IMG/VR virus record: IMGVR_UViG_3300005201_000719 | Length of the DNA: 64,000 nucleotides | Reading direction: 5' to 3' (one strand) | Source of the DNA: an uncultured virus (IMG/VR IMGVR_UViG_3300005201_000719) | Lineage: Duplodnaviria > Heunggongvirae > Uroviricota > Caudoviricetes | In this document: positions 9,007 to 19,270 of the stretch, piece by piece | How the letters are laid out: each line of letters opens with the position of its first letter | Numbering within the stretch: the stretch's first letter is position 1 | Position numbers and translations under genes: made by a program | The notes under the pieces: model-generated | The model's database searches: none | Seen by the model: only the letters and a program-made list of their open reading frames with translations | Told to the model about the DNA's origin: nothing

Positions 9007-9605
9007 GCTATATCCCCCGATCCTGCGCCTGATAAAAACGGCGATTTGAGCGTTACGTTAATCGTTCCGTCTGTAAGATATTTGTGGAATGCTAACGTAA
9101 ACTGGGCGGCATAATACTCATTCCCTCCGGTAACCATGCCGTTCATTGTGGCAAAACAAGCCTTGAGCAAACTTGCAATAGTCGATTTATTCCCGGTAAA
9201 CTTTCCTTCCCCCGGGCCTGAGAACGGCATAGTTCCCCCTGCATAAAGAACTACTGTACCGTTGCTTTCAATCTTTACGATGTCGGCTTCCTTACAGGCG
9301 TTGTCAATATCGGTGGCGATGTGATCCGCAAGCCCGTCATTGGTATATCCAGCCGTGAAGGTTGTCAGCAAATCGTCCATGAGGACATCGGCGTCAATGG
9401 TCATAGTCCCAACTCCGGCCCCGGTATACGAACCGGCAGGCGCGGCGCCGGAATCAGTTGTGGAAACCTGCCCGGTTAAAACAAATTCTTTCATTTCTTT
9501 TGCCATTTCGGTTGCCTTATAACCGTCACCATCCACCGTAATAGAATTCATAGCGAGGAATATCTGTGTGATGGCGGTTTGTAATGTCAAAGGAACCATT
9601 GCCAT
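9003..9605 (-). CDS. Baseplate-region hypothetical protein with internal duplication
   Basis: Repeated units ending in GxGxG; overlapping start/stop with neighbours. Confidence 0.6.
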   Translation of the reverse strand: MAMVPLTLQTAITQIFLAMNSITVDGDGYKATEMAKEMKEFVLTGQVSTTDSGAAPAGSYTGAGVGTMTIDADVLMDDLLTTFTAGYTNDGLADHIATDIDNACKEADIVKIESNGTVVLYAGGTMPFSGPGEGKFTGNKSTIASLLKACFATMNGMVTGGNEYYAAQFTLAFHKYLTDGTINVTLKSPFLSGAGSGDIA

Positions 9606-9618
9606 ATACTTCTTCCCC

Positions 9619-10368
9619 TTACTTCTTGAATACCTGGGCGCATTTCGCCTTAAGCGGTGCTATATTAGCCGCCGCCCACGTTGCCGCTTTGTGTAATGCA
9701 GGGCTTCCTTCTGTTTGAAGATTTATCAGGGCTGTCATCAGCTCATCCATAATGCCGCCAAGCGTTGCAATGGCATTCCCTATTTCCAGCAAATCAGAGC
9801 CATTGGCTTTCAGCGAAACCGCGCCGTCCATTTCAAACACATCTTTGCCATTGTCAAAAAACACCTTGCCTTTTTCCATGTAGAACGTACTGGTTCCGTT
9901 TTCGATAGTAACCTTGTCATCATCAATAAGGATTTTTTGTTTTTTCTTGAATAAAATACTTAGGCCAGTTTCCGGTGTTGCTGGAAAATCTACTGGCTGT
10001 AGCCCTGGGAGTGCGAAGCTATCCATGAGATTAAAACGCCGCGGATCAGCGTCCTCTATTTCCTTACCACCGCTGTCCCGCCATTTATCTGTAGCCCGTT
10101 CGCACACGATAACCAGTACCTCATCATCCTTTTCCAAAGGGACGTGGATGGTGCAGTTTTTTGTACCGAAAAATAAAACCGGAACATCAGGGATTATCGG
10201 GAAATTAAGAAACTCCCCATTAGGCATTTTTCTTTTAAGGTACGGCTGTATATCTGCGCGGCGGGTGTTTGGATCGTATGTCTTTACCGTGCCCGGAAAG
10301 GCTGTGTGAACATTGGACATATTATATTCAAACGTTTCCCGGAGAAGCCTGATTAGTTCATCGCTCAT
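9619..10368 (-). CDS. Baseplate spike (Gp138-like N-terminal domain)
   Basis: HTAFPGTVKTYD, PIIPDVPV, DEVLVIVCER, RRFNLMDSFALPG. Confidence 0.85.
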   Translation of the reverse strand: MSDELIRLLRETFEYNMSNVHTAFPGTVKTYDPNTRRADIQPYLKRKMPNGEFLNFPIIPDVPVLFFGTKNCTIHVPLEKDDEVLVIVCERATDKWRDSGGKEIEDADPRRFNLMDSFALPGLQPVDFPATPETGLSILFKKKQKILIDDDKVTIENGTSTFYMEKGKVFFDNGKDVFEMDGAVSLKANGSDLLEIGNAIATLGGIMDELMTALINLQTEGSPALHKAATWAAANIAPLKAKCAQVFKK

Positions 10369-11204
10369 ACCGCCTCCGCTTCAATATCTACTTTATAATC
10401 CCCGCCCCAGTTATCCCCATTGAAAATGGCTTTACTGATTACCACCTCGCTATTGAGGGTGGAGGATTCCACTTTGCAGGCGGCCCCGGGCACCAGCTCC
10501 GGAAAGAGCATGGCACTGAATTTCCAGCGGTTGCTTGCCTCTGCCTTTGTGTCATCATCAGATGTTTTGTCCGATACCGGCTCAGGGGCAGTGAGCAATC
10601 CTGTTTCTGCGGTGAGTTTCAATCCGATTCTCTCTGCCGCTTCCCCTGGCTTGATGATGTAGAGCATTTCGTTCTGTATCGTATACGTAAGGTCATAGCG
10701 GTTCAGCACGTCCCGCAATCCGTCCCCGGCCATGCCGATAAAAGAATACCCGTGTGGGTACGCTTCCCCTGCCGGCACGTTCTCCATTCCCTTGTACGAA
10801 AGCCCTATCGCATCCACAAACGTCTGTACTATAGTCCGCGCTTCGGTTTCTTTTGCATACGATACCGAAACCTGGCCAGACATGACCGCCGTCCGCCCGT
10901 CAAATACTTCCAGTTCTGTAACGCTATCGACGCCATCACTTTTCCGGCTGCCTCTTAACACGTCGCCAAAGAAAATGGCGGCTACCGTTTCATCTTCATA
11001 TCCTGCCTTGAGGGTGATGTGGTTTCCGGCAACCGCTACCTTTGCATGAGTATCATCAGAGAGGTTGTATATTTCGATTTTTGATTTATTGGGATCTGCG
11101 CTGTCGGTTTTTTCAATGGAAAAAGCAATCTTTAATCCATCGATCTTAAAACCTTCGCCGCCTTTGGGACCGACAATAACCTCGACAAATCTCTTAAACG
11201 CCAT
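10365..11204 (-). CDS. Baseplate hub protein
   Basis: FSIEKT..PNKSKIEIYNL, LKAGY, TGLLTAPE motifs. Confidence 0.8.
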   Translation of the reverse strand: MAFKRFVEVIVGPKGGEGFKIDGLKIAFSIEKTDSADPNKSKIEIYNLSDDTHAKVAVAGNHITLKAGYEDETVAAIFFGDVLRGSRKSDGVDSVTELEVFDGRTAVMSGQVSVSYAKETEARTIVQTFVDAIGLSYKGMENVPAGEAYPHGYSFIGMAGDGLRDVLNRYDLTYTIQNEMLYIIKPGEAAERIGLKLTAETGLLTAPEPVSDKTSDDDTKAEASNRWKFSAMLFPELVPGAACKVESSTLNSEVVISKAIFNGDNWGGDYKVDIEAEAV

Positions 11205-11208
11205 GGCC

Positions 11209-11556
11209 CTATTCCTCAAAAATTGTATATTTCAGCACATACCGGGTGTGCAGATTGTCCCTGGTAACCTCAGCGCTGCCCAGGTTTCCCTTGGTATCCA
11301 AAAGCCACATTCTTCCCGGTGGTAGTTCCGGAACAGACGCCCGGTACTTCTCCAGAAAGTAAACACCTGGCACAAGCCGTATTCCTGCAAGCAGCAGTTT
11401 TCCTCCGGCATCCAATATGGACATAAACCAAGCGTCCTGCCGTGTGTTATACGAGATGTAAAACCCGTACCGTTTTCCGGACAGATCAACTTTCATCTCC
11501 CAACGCACGGCTTTTTCTGACAATAACGGAATGTCGATGCTTTCTACAATTTTCAT
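11209..11556 (-). CDS. Small baseplate (plug-like) protein
   Basis: YNTRQDAWFMSI...LLAGIRLVPG; ATGA overlap with the upstream gene. Confidence 0.7.
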   Translation of the reverse strand: MKIVESIDIPLLSEKAVRWEMKVDLSGKRYGFYISYNTRQDAWFMSILDAGGKLLLAGIRLVPGVYFLEKYRASVPELPPGRMWLLDTKGNLGSAEVTRDNLHTRYVLKYTIFEE

Positions 11557-12218
11557 TGCGGATACGGACACCCCCATTTCTCTGCATATTCTGACGGGCT
11601 TACCATCCCGGATTGAACCGACTGCTTCCACTCTTCTTTCATGCGGTTACTCTGGGGGCTCGGGCTGCTTGTGCCCTGTACACCGCCATTTGCCGTCCCT
11701 GCTGTTTGAGCACCACCAGCACCACCGCCTGTTGCTGAATTAAATTTCCCCGATGCATTTATGGTTGTAGTTTCACTTTTGATTACGCGAATTTGTTTGA
11801 ATGACATAGTGAACGGCAAATCTTTTCCTGTTTCCACATCCCGGTCAATTTCAAAACTGGTAATCACCATGTTTTCAAACGTATCAAGCCCAAGCGCAAC
11901 CGTAAGAGGCTCCTTGTCTTCTTTGAGCTTCTTTAATTCCAAGTAAGCCTGTTTTATCCTGGCCTTTGGATCGTCTAATATACTGAGAAAGTCTGAAATA
12001 TCACCACCCAATACTCCAAACTTTGCGCGGCCGATAAATGCTTGTATTGAAATCTCCGGAGCTTCTGATATAACATGGTCATTGACATTGCTGCCGTCTT
12101 CGACCGGAATATCCGTCACCGTATTGGAAAACCCGTACCGTTCAGAAAGAACAACGTCTATCTCAAACCCGCCTATACTTTTGGGCGTCCTCTTGTAAGC
12201 AAAGTTTAATATGTCCAT
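11553..12218 (-). CDS. Dit-like/tube-initiator baseplate protein
   Basis: VTDIPVEDGSNVNDH and FENMVITS motifs; directly after the tape measure gene. Confidence 0.75.
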   Translation of the reverse strand: MDILNFAYKRTPKSIGGFEIDVVLSERYGFSNTVTDIPVEDGSNVNDHVISEAPEISIQAFIGRAKFGVLGGDISDFLSILDDPKARIKQAYLELKKLKEDKEPLTVALGLDTFENMVITSFEIDRDVETGKDLPFTMSFKQIRVIKSETTTINASGKFNSATGGGAGGAQTAGTANGGVQGTSSPSPQSNRMKEEWKQSVQSGMVSPSEYAEKWGCPYPQ

Positions 12219-15200
12219 CAGTTTTTTCTCCTTGCTTCAGGAGATGGGATAGTGCCCCTGGCCCCGCTTATCGCGTCCTTGAGCGCGTCTTCCACGCCGC
12301 GCCTAACGGCCGCCGACGCCATTTCCGGCGACATTCCGCTGGCATTTACACTTACATTTATGGGTGCGGAAATCTGAGTTTCGTTTGATGTAGTGGAAGA
12401 ATGGTAGTTATTGTTTGCTGCGACTGATTTCATCGCGCTTCCGGAGAGTGAACCGCCCCCAGCTCCGGCATATGCCGGCTGTGGCCCGCCTAAGAATCTC
12501 ATCAGGGCGTCTATAATTTCGCCGGGGTTCTTCATGGCCATAATATAATCGTCCGGGTGAGTGCTATAGCTGCCATCGGGGGTTACGATCATGTCGTTGA
12601 CAGACTTTGCAGCAGCGGGTTTACCGCCTCCGCCGCCTGTTGCTACATTAACAACAGCGTCCTTGATGCCGCTAAAGAAACCTTTCACTTTGTCCCATCC
12701 GTCTTTTATGACACTGATGAAACCGAAGAACTTTTCTTTTATGGCGTCGAACAATCCAAAGAAAGCGTTCTTAATATATTCAAATGTTGCGGCCGGCCCC
12801 TGTTTCAGGGCTTCCCATAACCCCGCAAAAAACTCTTTTATTTTATTTATTCCATTGAGAAAATTATCTTTTAATCGAGTTAAAGCCCCTCCGCTGAAAT
12901 TATCCAAGGCGCTAAACGCTCTTTGCCCGGCGCCTTTAATATCTTCCCAACGGTCTTTCATAAAACTGGCGGCCGCAGATGCTCCTTTTTTCATACCCTC
13001 CCAAGCAGAACCTGCACCCTTCTTGATCCCGTCCCAGGCTTTACCTGCGACGTTCTTTATTCCAGTCCAAACTTTACCGGAGACTTCTTTGATACCTCTA
13101 AGTACACCAAGGACTTTTTCTTTTACACTGTCGAACAAACCAAAGAAAGCGTTCTTCACAAATTCTATTGTCGCAGCAGGGCCTTCTTTAATGGCATTCC
13201 ATAACCCTGAAAAGAATTCTTTCACACCATTTACCAAGTTCAAGAAATTATCTTTCATTCTAGTCAGGGCGCCGCCCGTGAGATTATCCAAAATACCAAA
13301 CGCTTTATTTCCGGCTTCTTTGATGTCCCCCCAACGATTTTTGAAGAAACCTGCGGCAGCACCAGCGCCCTTTTTCATACCTTCCCAGGCTGTGTCAGCT
13401 CCCTTTTTGATGCCGTCCCAAGCCTTGCCGGCAACGCCTTTTATCCCGTCCCAGGCTTTTCCGGCAACGTTCTTGATACCGTCCCAGGCTGCACTGGCAA
13501 CGTTTTTTACACCGTCCCATAATCCTGAGAAAAACCCGGTAATAGCCCCCCATATCTCCTTAACCTTATCAACAATCGCTTTCACGGCGTCAACGATTCC
13601 GTTCCAGATCGCTTTTGCTTTGTCTGCGACGAAGGTGAATACCTTTACCAAAGCAGCTTTAATTTTGTCCCAATGTTTTATGACAAGGCGGACAACCGCC
13701 ATAACAATAGCGGCAGGGAGAAACAGAATCGCCAATAGCACATTCGCTATGTTAAGCGCGTTCTTTTTTACGAAAGCTATGATCTTCTTGAAGAATCCAA
13801 CTATTGCGTTCCAGATACCGATAAAGAAGTCTTTAACCTTGCCAATGTTTTTCACCAGGGCGTAAATACCAAATGCAAGCAGTCCAATCGCTGTAATTAT
13901 TAAACCAATGGGGTTGGCGTTCATGGCAACATTCAAGGCCCACTGCGCCACTTTCCATATTCCAATAGCGATGGCAATTACCCCAATTATGTCCTTGAAT
14001 TTCCATAAAAACCCTATTACGTCACCAATGAATTGTCCCAATAAAGAAAACAGAGGGGTTAAATTATTTATAACGTCAGTCAGATTTCCTGCGTGGTCTG
14101 CGCCTGTCTGAAAAACATCCTTTAACAAAGTCTTTAGTGCCTCAAGAATAGGACTTACAAATTCTCGTATCGGTTTGAATGCAACTAAAAACATTTGAGC
14201 AAGATTCATTAAAAAAGGCTGGGCGCTCCGTATAACATCTTTTAAGAAACCGAAAACATCACCGAATATTTTCTTTAGCGGTTCAAAAGCTCCGCCATAT
14301 TTTTTCATCCTCATTTGAAGGACTTCAAAGAAGATAATGACCTGGGCTATCATGTGTATCAGATAATCAAATGCTTTGGCGCCGAAATCCACTAATCCGC
14401 TTTTGCCAAGTTTTATCAGATCAGTTACATAACCAATTACATTTGCCAGCGCCGGCGCTACTTTTGTGCCAATGGCGTCTCCGGTACTGGAGATAACATC
14501 TTTGAGAATCAATATGGAGCCTTTCAAAGTAAGCGCCTGATTCGCGGCGTTCATGTAGAAGCGGCCGCCTTCCTTTGTGGCCCCTTCCATAGCCATTGCC
14601 AGTTCGTTGAAGCCTATTCTCCCAGCCTCTATATCCGCATTTAGCTTTTCTACTGATACCCCAAGGCCTTGAGCCATATCTTGGACACCAAAGCCGGCCA
14701 TGGCAAGCTGCCGCATGGTTCCGGTATTAACCTGCCCGGATACAGATACTTTGGTTAAAACACCGCTTAAGGCGTTGAAGTTTTCAGCGGAACCGTTGGC
14801 GACATCACCAAGGACATCTATCATCTTTGACGTGTCCTCAGCTCCCATGCCAACGGTGCGGAGCTGTTTGTACGCATTTACAAGGTTCCCGGTACCGAAC
14901 AATGGGTCTATGGTTTTATCACGTAGTTCTTCTAAGGCTTCGGCGGCTGATTCTGCGGACCCGGTAAAGGCTTGTAATTCGGTTCGGTAGCCCTCCATTT
15001 CGATGGTTGCGGAAATTATGTTTTTGGATATCCAGCCGATACCAAGAGCGACAACGCCGGCAGCCAGTTTCCACGCAATGCCTACCCCTTTTGCCGCAGA
15101 CGCAAGGCCGTTGCTTTTGGCTTTTGTGTTGTCAATCTGTTTGTCGAATTTTTTTAGCTCGCTGTCATCAAGTTCATAGCCCAGCCGTGCTATCAATTCT

Positions 15201-15220
15201 CTTACTGCTGTACCAGCCAT
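12218..15220 (-). CDS. Tape measure protein
   Basis: 1000 aa, Ala/Gly-rich, hydrophobic central segments, 11-aa W/F-periodic repeats (AWDGIKNVAGK). Confidence 0.92.
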   Translation of the reverse strand: MAGTAVRELIARLGYELDDSELKKFDKQIDNTKAKSNGLASAAKGVGIAWKLAAGVVALGIGWISKNIISATIEMEGYRTELQAFTGSAESAAEALEELRDKTIDPLFGTGNLVNAYKQLRTVGMGAEDTSKMIDVLGDVANGSAENFNALSGVLTKVSVSGQVNTGTMRQLAMAGFGVQDMAQGLGVSVEKLNADIEAGRIGFNELAMAMEGATKEGGRFYMNAANQALTLKGSILILKDVISSTGDAIGTKVAPALANVIGYVTDLIKLGKSGLVDFGAKAFDYLIHMIAQVIIFFEVLQMRMKKYGGAFEPLKKIFGDVFGFLKDVIRSAQPFLMNLAQMFLVAFKPIREFVSPILEALKTLLKDVFQTGADHAGNLTDVINNLTPLFSLLGQFIGDVIGFLWKFKDIIGVIAIAIGIWKVAQWALNVAMNANPIGLIITAIGLLAFGIYALVKNIGKVKDFFIGIWNAIVGFFKKIIAFVKKNALNIANVLLAILFLPAAIVMAVVRLVIKHWDKIKAALVKVFTFVADKAKAIWNGIVDAVKAIVDKVKEIWGAITGFFSGLWDGVKNVASAAWDGIKNVAGKAWDGIKGVAGKAWDGIKKGADTAWEGMKKGAGAAAGFFKNRWGDIKEAGNKAFGILDNLTGGALTRMKDNFLNLVNGVKEFFSGLWNAIKEGPAATIEFVKNAFFGLFDSVKEKVLGVLRGIKEVSGKVWTGIKNVAGKAWDGIKKGAGSAWEGMKKGASAAASFMKDRWEDIKGAGQRAFSALDNFSGGALTRLKDNFLNGINKIKEFFAGLWEALKQGPAATFEYIKNAFFGLFDAIKEKFFGFISVIKDGWDKVKGFFSGIKDAVVNVATGGGGGKPAAAKSVNDMIVTPDGSYSTHPDDYIMAMKNPGEIIDALMRFLGGPQPAYAGAGGGSLSGSAMKSVAANNNYHSSTTSNETQISAPINVSVNASGMSPEMASAAVRRGVEDALKDAISGARGTIPSPEARRKN

Positions 15221-15231
15221 GTCAACTTCCT

Positions 15232-15543
15232 TTACTTCTCATCAGGCCTCTTATTCTCCTGTTCCATGTAGGCATCGTTGGCAATTTCAAACGCTTGGTA
15301 CATATCCAGCACTGCGTTTGCCTCAAGCAGCTCTTTGTACGTCCATTCGTACTTTATCTCATGAAGCGGGACACCCTTTGCTTCCCACACCCGCCACATC
15401 AGATGAAGAACTTCGATTTCAGGATCAAGCGTGCCTAAGTTTCCGATATCTCCGATTCGCTTTTCGAGCTTTGCCCTTCCGATTCTGAGCCAAGAATTTT
15501 CTTCATTTTCACGCCAAAGCCTTGACCCATTTTTGCTAAAAAA
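15232..15543 (-). CDS. Tail chaperone -1 frameshift extension (gpT-like)
   Basis: Slippery T TTT TTA at 15543-15537; the -1 frame stays open to the TAA at 15232 (…EVLHLMWRVWEAKG…RPDEK). Confidence 0.75.
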   Translation of the reverse strand, partial: FFSKNGSRLWRENEENSWLRIGRAKLEKRIGDIGNLGTLDPEIEVLHLMWRVWEAKGVPLHEIKYEWTYKELLEANAVLDMYQAFEIANDAYMEQENKRPDEK

Positions 15544-15998
15544 TCTGGGAAGTTTGCCTCCAAAACAAACAGCATTACCGAATAGATCGTAAAAACTTTT
15601 CCTTTGAATACCATGTCCATAGACGTATCAAAGGTCTGATCTCCGAACGTCAACTGAAGGGCGTTTCCGTTCTTTGTCACGTAAGCCGTAACATTTTTAA
15701 GCATCCTTCTCATCAGAGACTCTAATTCGGCTTCGGTGAGTTGACTCACCAAATCTGTTATTGCCTGAGAAATGCTGTCGCCGTCAAAATTTATCTCTGC
15801 ATCTAAGAGCTTTTTGCCTTCCGTTGGAATCCCGCTTTTGAATAACGATCCTATACCCTTTGCCATAAACGGCCCAAACAGCCGTATTAAATACGGATGA
15901 AGCCTTGCGGCTTCAACGACCCGAAACGGCGCCACTGAAAAGCGGATACCGTCAATTTCTTTTTCTTTCGTTTCCATGTCCATGGTTCCATCCTCCAT
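15435..15998 (-). CDS. Tail assembly chaperone (gpG-like)
   Basis: Between tube and tape measure genes; ends FVLEANFPDFL at the slippery site. Confidence 0.8.
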   Translation of the reverse strand: MEDGTMDMETKEKEIDGIRFSVAPFRVVEAARLHPYLIRLFGPFMAKGIGSLFKSGIPTEGKKLLDAEINFDGDSISQAITDLVSQLTEAELESLMRRMLKNVTAYVTKNGNALQLTFGDQTFDTSMDMVFKGKVFTIYSVMLFVLEANFPDFLAKMGQGFGVKMKKILGSESEGQSSKSESEISET

Positions 15999-16042
15999 GT
16001 TCTAAGTTTGGCTAACAGGGGGGATTGCTCCCCCCGTTAGAT

Positions 16043-16474
16043 TTAGGCTGCATACCCGGATTTATTGTCCCCGGCTATCTGTCCGGTATCGAACGTCCAT
16101 TGGCGTTCTTTCATTTCTTTTCCGAAACCCCAGGTGGGATCACCTTTTATCCATGCCTCCGGCCAGAACTGGAGGGACGCTCCGTTCAGGTCGGTAATGG
16201 ACAGCGGCAGAATTGTTTTTCCGGACAATTTATCTGCGGCGCGTGTGGCAGAAAAATGTTGATTCGACATACTGGACTGCATGAGGGTGATCGTCACGTT
16301 GTGCGTGTCGTCGCTACTCTGAGAGCGGCCAACTTCGCCATCGGCGCCAACCTGTTTCTTGAAACCGTCCGCATCATTCGGCGATACCTCGATAAAATCA
16401 CCATCGGTATACCCTGAGATCGGCACGCCGCCAAAGGTAACGATAACCTTCTTCGGATCATAACTCTTGACCAT
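16043..16474 (-). CDS. Tail tube protein (DUF3277-like)
   Basis: YDPKKV, VGADGE, TITLMQSSMSN. Confidence 0.85.
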   Translation of the reverse strand: MVKSYDPKKVIVTFGGVPISGYTDGDFIEVSPNDADGFKKQVGADGEVGRSQSSDDTHNVTITLMQSSMSNQHFSATRAADKLSGKTILPLSITDLNGASLQFWPEAWIKGDPTWGFGKEMKERQWTFDTGQIAGDNKSGYAA

Positions 16475-16490
16475 AATTTACTTCCTCCTT

Positions 16491-17564
16491 TTACAGCGTT
16501 ACATTGACGCGGATTTTGGTGGTATGAATTGCACCCTGAACAGGGGCTTCAGCCATTATACCTGGAAGATCGCGCTTTCCTTTATCATCTTCCGCTACAT
16601 TCGATCTTTCAGGTGCGGTAACCGTATAGGTTTCTATCAACTCCGCAACATCGACACCTTCCTGCAAGGCAGATCGCAAAGCCCCGGTTACAACGGCTAT
16701 GCCTTTGTCATTGAACGGAACCTTTTTGCTTTTCTTGAGATCGGTGAATACTTTGTTCTGGATTCTGGCCTTGAGCCAATCGCACCCATGAATGATGTCG
16801 ATGTACTCACCGGAACCGACCTTGCCCCAGAAGGTAGTGGGGACATCGGCGACCAGACAGTACAACATGACGTTCTTTGCGGTTGCGGTCTCGAACGGCC
16901 CTGTATCCAGCTCATAGGTTGGCACAGCTTTGAAATCCTTGAACATCCAGGTACAAGAGCCGGGCTGGAAGGTGAGAACACTACCAAAGCACGCAACGCC
17001 AGGCATTGGATCATCATCAGTGATTTTTCCGTCCTGCCCCGGGGCGCAATCGGGATGATAGAAAACGAAACTGCGGTCAAGATTATACAGCTTAATCCAT
17101 GCCGCAATATCTCCAGTTTCCTCATCGACAATGTTCGGATCGCCTGACTCAATACAGTAAAGCTTCTGATTTGATTCAGCCCAGAGAGCAATCTCCTGCT
17201 GATCGGTCATAACCCGCGCCGATGTAGTAATAGCGTAAAAGCCATTATTCGCTTTTTTGATGGCGGCAAGCGCGACTGTCCAGCTTGCATCATTGGGCTT
17301 CTTCACGCCGACATACATTTTTCCGATGTGCGGATTCTGCGCAAACTGCTTCGCGGCAGCTCTATACACAACGGAATCGGATGTTAAGCCGGCCGTAATC
17401 AGTTCCTCCGCATCTCCGATAACCAGCACTCGTTTGGTTGCAAACGTAGTACCAGTCGGATCGAATGTGTCCACAAATAAATGTTCCGAAAAACTTTTCA
17501 TGGACGGAACGCTTGTTTGCCGATTGATCATTACATCGACAATTCTTTCCAAAAGATCAGCCAT
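16491..17564 (-). CDS. Tail sheath protein (DUF3383-like)
   Basis: PGSCTWMFK, GEYIDIIHGCDWL, KVPFNDKG, GAIH. Confidence 0.9.
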   Translation of the reverse strand: MADLLERIVDVMINRQTSVPSMKSFSEHLFVDTFDPTGTTFATKRVLVIGDAEELITAGLTSDSVVYRAAAKQFAQNPHIGKMYVGVKKPNDASWTVALAAIKKANNGFYAITTSARVMTDQQEIALWAESNQKLYCIESGDPNIVDEETGDIAAWIKLYNLDRSFVFYHPDCAPGQDGKITDDDPMPGVACFGSVLTFQPGSCTWMFKDFKAVPTYELDTGPFETATAKNVMLYCLVADVPTTFWGKVGSGEYIDIIHGCDWLKARIQNKVFTDLKKSKKVPFNDKGIAVVTGALRSALQEGVDVAELIETYTVTAPERSNVAEDDKGKRDLPGIMAEAPVQGAIHTTKIRVNVTL

Positions 17565-18120
17565 TTGGTAACTCCCCCTCGTTCGTGATTTCTTCCATCG
17601 GGAGATTGTCTGACAGCTTTATGTGTACCGTCTCAATCCAGCCCGGTGAAACTTCTTTCACCCTGATATAGGTGACGTAGAACTCAAACAGCGCGGAGCT
17701 TTCGGTATCAGTACCGCCCCGCACTGCCGGGTTCTCTCTTACTTCAAGGGCGTAAGGTATAACCAAGCCCCTTTCAGCCAACATTTCAATGTATTTATCT
17801 TCTTCGTATGACGCTTTAATGGTCTCAAGCAGATCCAAAGCGCCCTTTCCAAAGGCATACATTGTTAAAGCCCGGCGCACAAACCGGGAAACCTTTTGCA
17901 CTCCTTGATCCTCAGGATTATCTGGATCGACTTCGACCATGCTGTAATCCGGCATCCCCGGTGTGCTGGTTCCGATAAACTCAAGGGAAATAAAAGGAGG
18001 TTTCGGGCGGGGCCCGTCCTCATTATCCCAAATTACCGGATCTGTTCTTCCTTCCTCAGCTACAACAGCAGCGACCCAATCATAAATCGCGTCTTTTATC
18101 TGCTGCCGTTCGTTGATCAC
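17557..18120 (-). CDS. Neck/tail terminator protein
   Basis: VIWDNEDGPRPKPPFISL; position before the sheath. Confidence 0.7.
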   Translation of the reverse strand: MINERQQIKDAIYDWVAAVVAEEGRTDPVIWDNEDGPRPKPPFISLEFIGTSTPGMPDYSMVEVDPDNPEDQGVQKVSRFVRRALTMYAFGKGALDLLETIKASYEEDKYIEMLAERGLVIPYALEVRENPAVRGGTDTESSALFEFYVTYIRVKEVSPGWIETVHIKLSDNLPMEEITNEGELPNG

Positions 18121-18473
18121 TTCTCACCTTCCATTACCCTGGATGCCAACAGTTCCCAATGCGGTAACAACTGGCCTTTCCACGGCTTAACCGCTTGTAT
18201 TTCGTATTCGCGGTCTTCCCAAACTATGATGTCGCCGCTGACTTCCCTCTCAGAATCAGCGGAGGTAAAATCCAACTCAGGGGGAGCGAACACTAAAATA
18301 GTTTCAGTGTTCCGCTTCCCGGAAGGGAGCAACTCAAGCAGCTTTCCGGAAGCCGGTTGTGCTGTTCCCTTAAAATCGGTATCCTCCGGCGTTGTGTTCT
18401 TTACCCAGGAGCCTTTTACATAAGCCCCTCCGTAAACCCGCTTTATAAGCGGCATATTTCTTAACAGGCTCAT
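18117..18473 (-). CDS. Head-tail joining protein
   Basis: AQPASGKLLELLPSG, GDIIVWEDREYEI. Confidence 0.7.
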   Translation of the reverse strand: MSLLRNMPLIKRVYGGAYVKGSWVKNTTPEDTDFKGTAQPASGKLLELLPSGKRNTETILVFAPPELDFTSADSEREVSGDIIVWEDREYEIQAVKPWKGQLLPHWELLASRVMEGEK

Positions 18474-18949
18474 CTCGTTTCAACTTGATACCTGATGCTG
18501 TTACGCATCGTACCGGTATCTATCAATGGCCTGCTGCTTCCCTTCCGCTGTACCGTTAGCTCCGCATTCGGTTCAAAATCGCCGCCAATGATGTACCGCT
18601 TAATTCCGTCCTGTGCAAACTGTCCCAAACGCGCTATTGCGGTAGCAGCGTCCATCTTCCCTTCGGAAACCAACTTATACAGTTTTTCCTGCGTTGCCTT
18701 AATCGCTTCGGATTCATTTTCAATAAACCCGCGGATAAAAGGCCGCGGCGGTATTTGCCACTTCTTTTTCTTTCCGGGAACCCCGTACTCGTTATAGGCG
18801 GCGTACTCAGCTATTGAAACGCCTTTCTTACTTCCGGACCCTTCAATGATGCCGACTTTAACGCTTAACTGAGACAGGGCTGCTATCTGTTTTCTGATTT
18901 CTTCCATGCCCTTGTCAGTATCACGGATTCCGCCGCCATCATTTTTCAT
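18470..18949 (-). CDS. Virion morphogenesis/neck protein
   Basis: NEYG, IPPRPFIR, RKGSSRPLIDTG. Confidence 0.8.
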   Translation of the reverse strand: MKNDGGGIRDTDKGMEEIRKQIAALSQLSVKVGIIEGSGSKKGVSIAEYAAYNEYGVPGKKKKWQIPPRPFIRGFIENESEAIKATQEKLYKLVSEGKMDAATAIARLGQFAQDGIKRYIIGGDFEPNAELTVQRKGSSRPLIDTGTMRNSIRYQVETR

Positions 18950-19257
18950 TTTTTCTCGTCCGTGGTGTTACCTGCTGACGCAGTGTTTCCGGTTGCCGTG
19001 GTGTTTCCGGCAGTCGCAGCGTTACCCGATGCGGGTACTTGTTTTGCGGCTTCCTGCTTTGGGCTTCCCTTTTCCGGTTCCTTGACATCACCGGGTTTCA
19101 CGCCCTCGATAGTCAACATCTCCTTGCGGATCAATTCTCTTCCCCAGGGGTCTTTCTTGATTTCCGCAAGCTGTTCGTTGGTCAATTCACCGCCCTTCGG
19201 TTCGATTTTGACGCCCCCTATTTTCTGGGCCTGTTTAATTTTTGCCGTATACTTCAT
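18946..19257 (-). CDS. Hypothetical protein with a low-complexity tail of GNT(A/T) repeats
   Basis: GGAGG RBS, in the head-neck operon. Confidence 0.55.
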   Translation of the reverse strand: MKYTAKIKQAQKIGGVKIEPKGGELTNEQLAEIKKDPWGRELIRKEMLTIEGVKPGDVKEPEKGSPKQEAAKQVPASGNAATAGNTTATGNTASAGNTTDEKK

Positions 19258-19270
19258 CTCGTTTGTCCTC

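Noticed and set aside
12591..13865. 424-aa plus-strand ORF
   Set aside because: It is the antisense shadow of the repetitive tape measure gene. The other long plus-strand ORFs in the structural region were rejected for the same reason.
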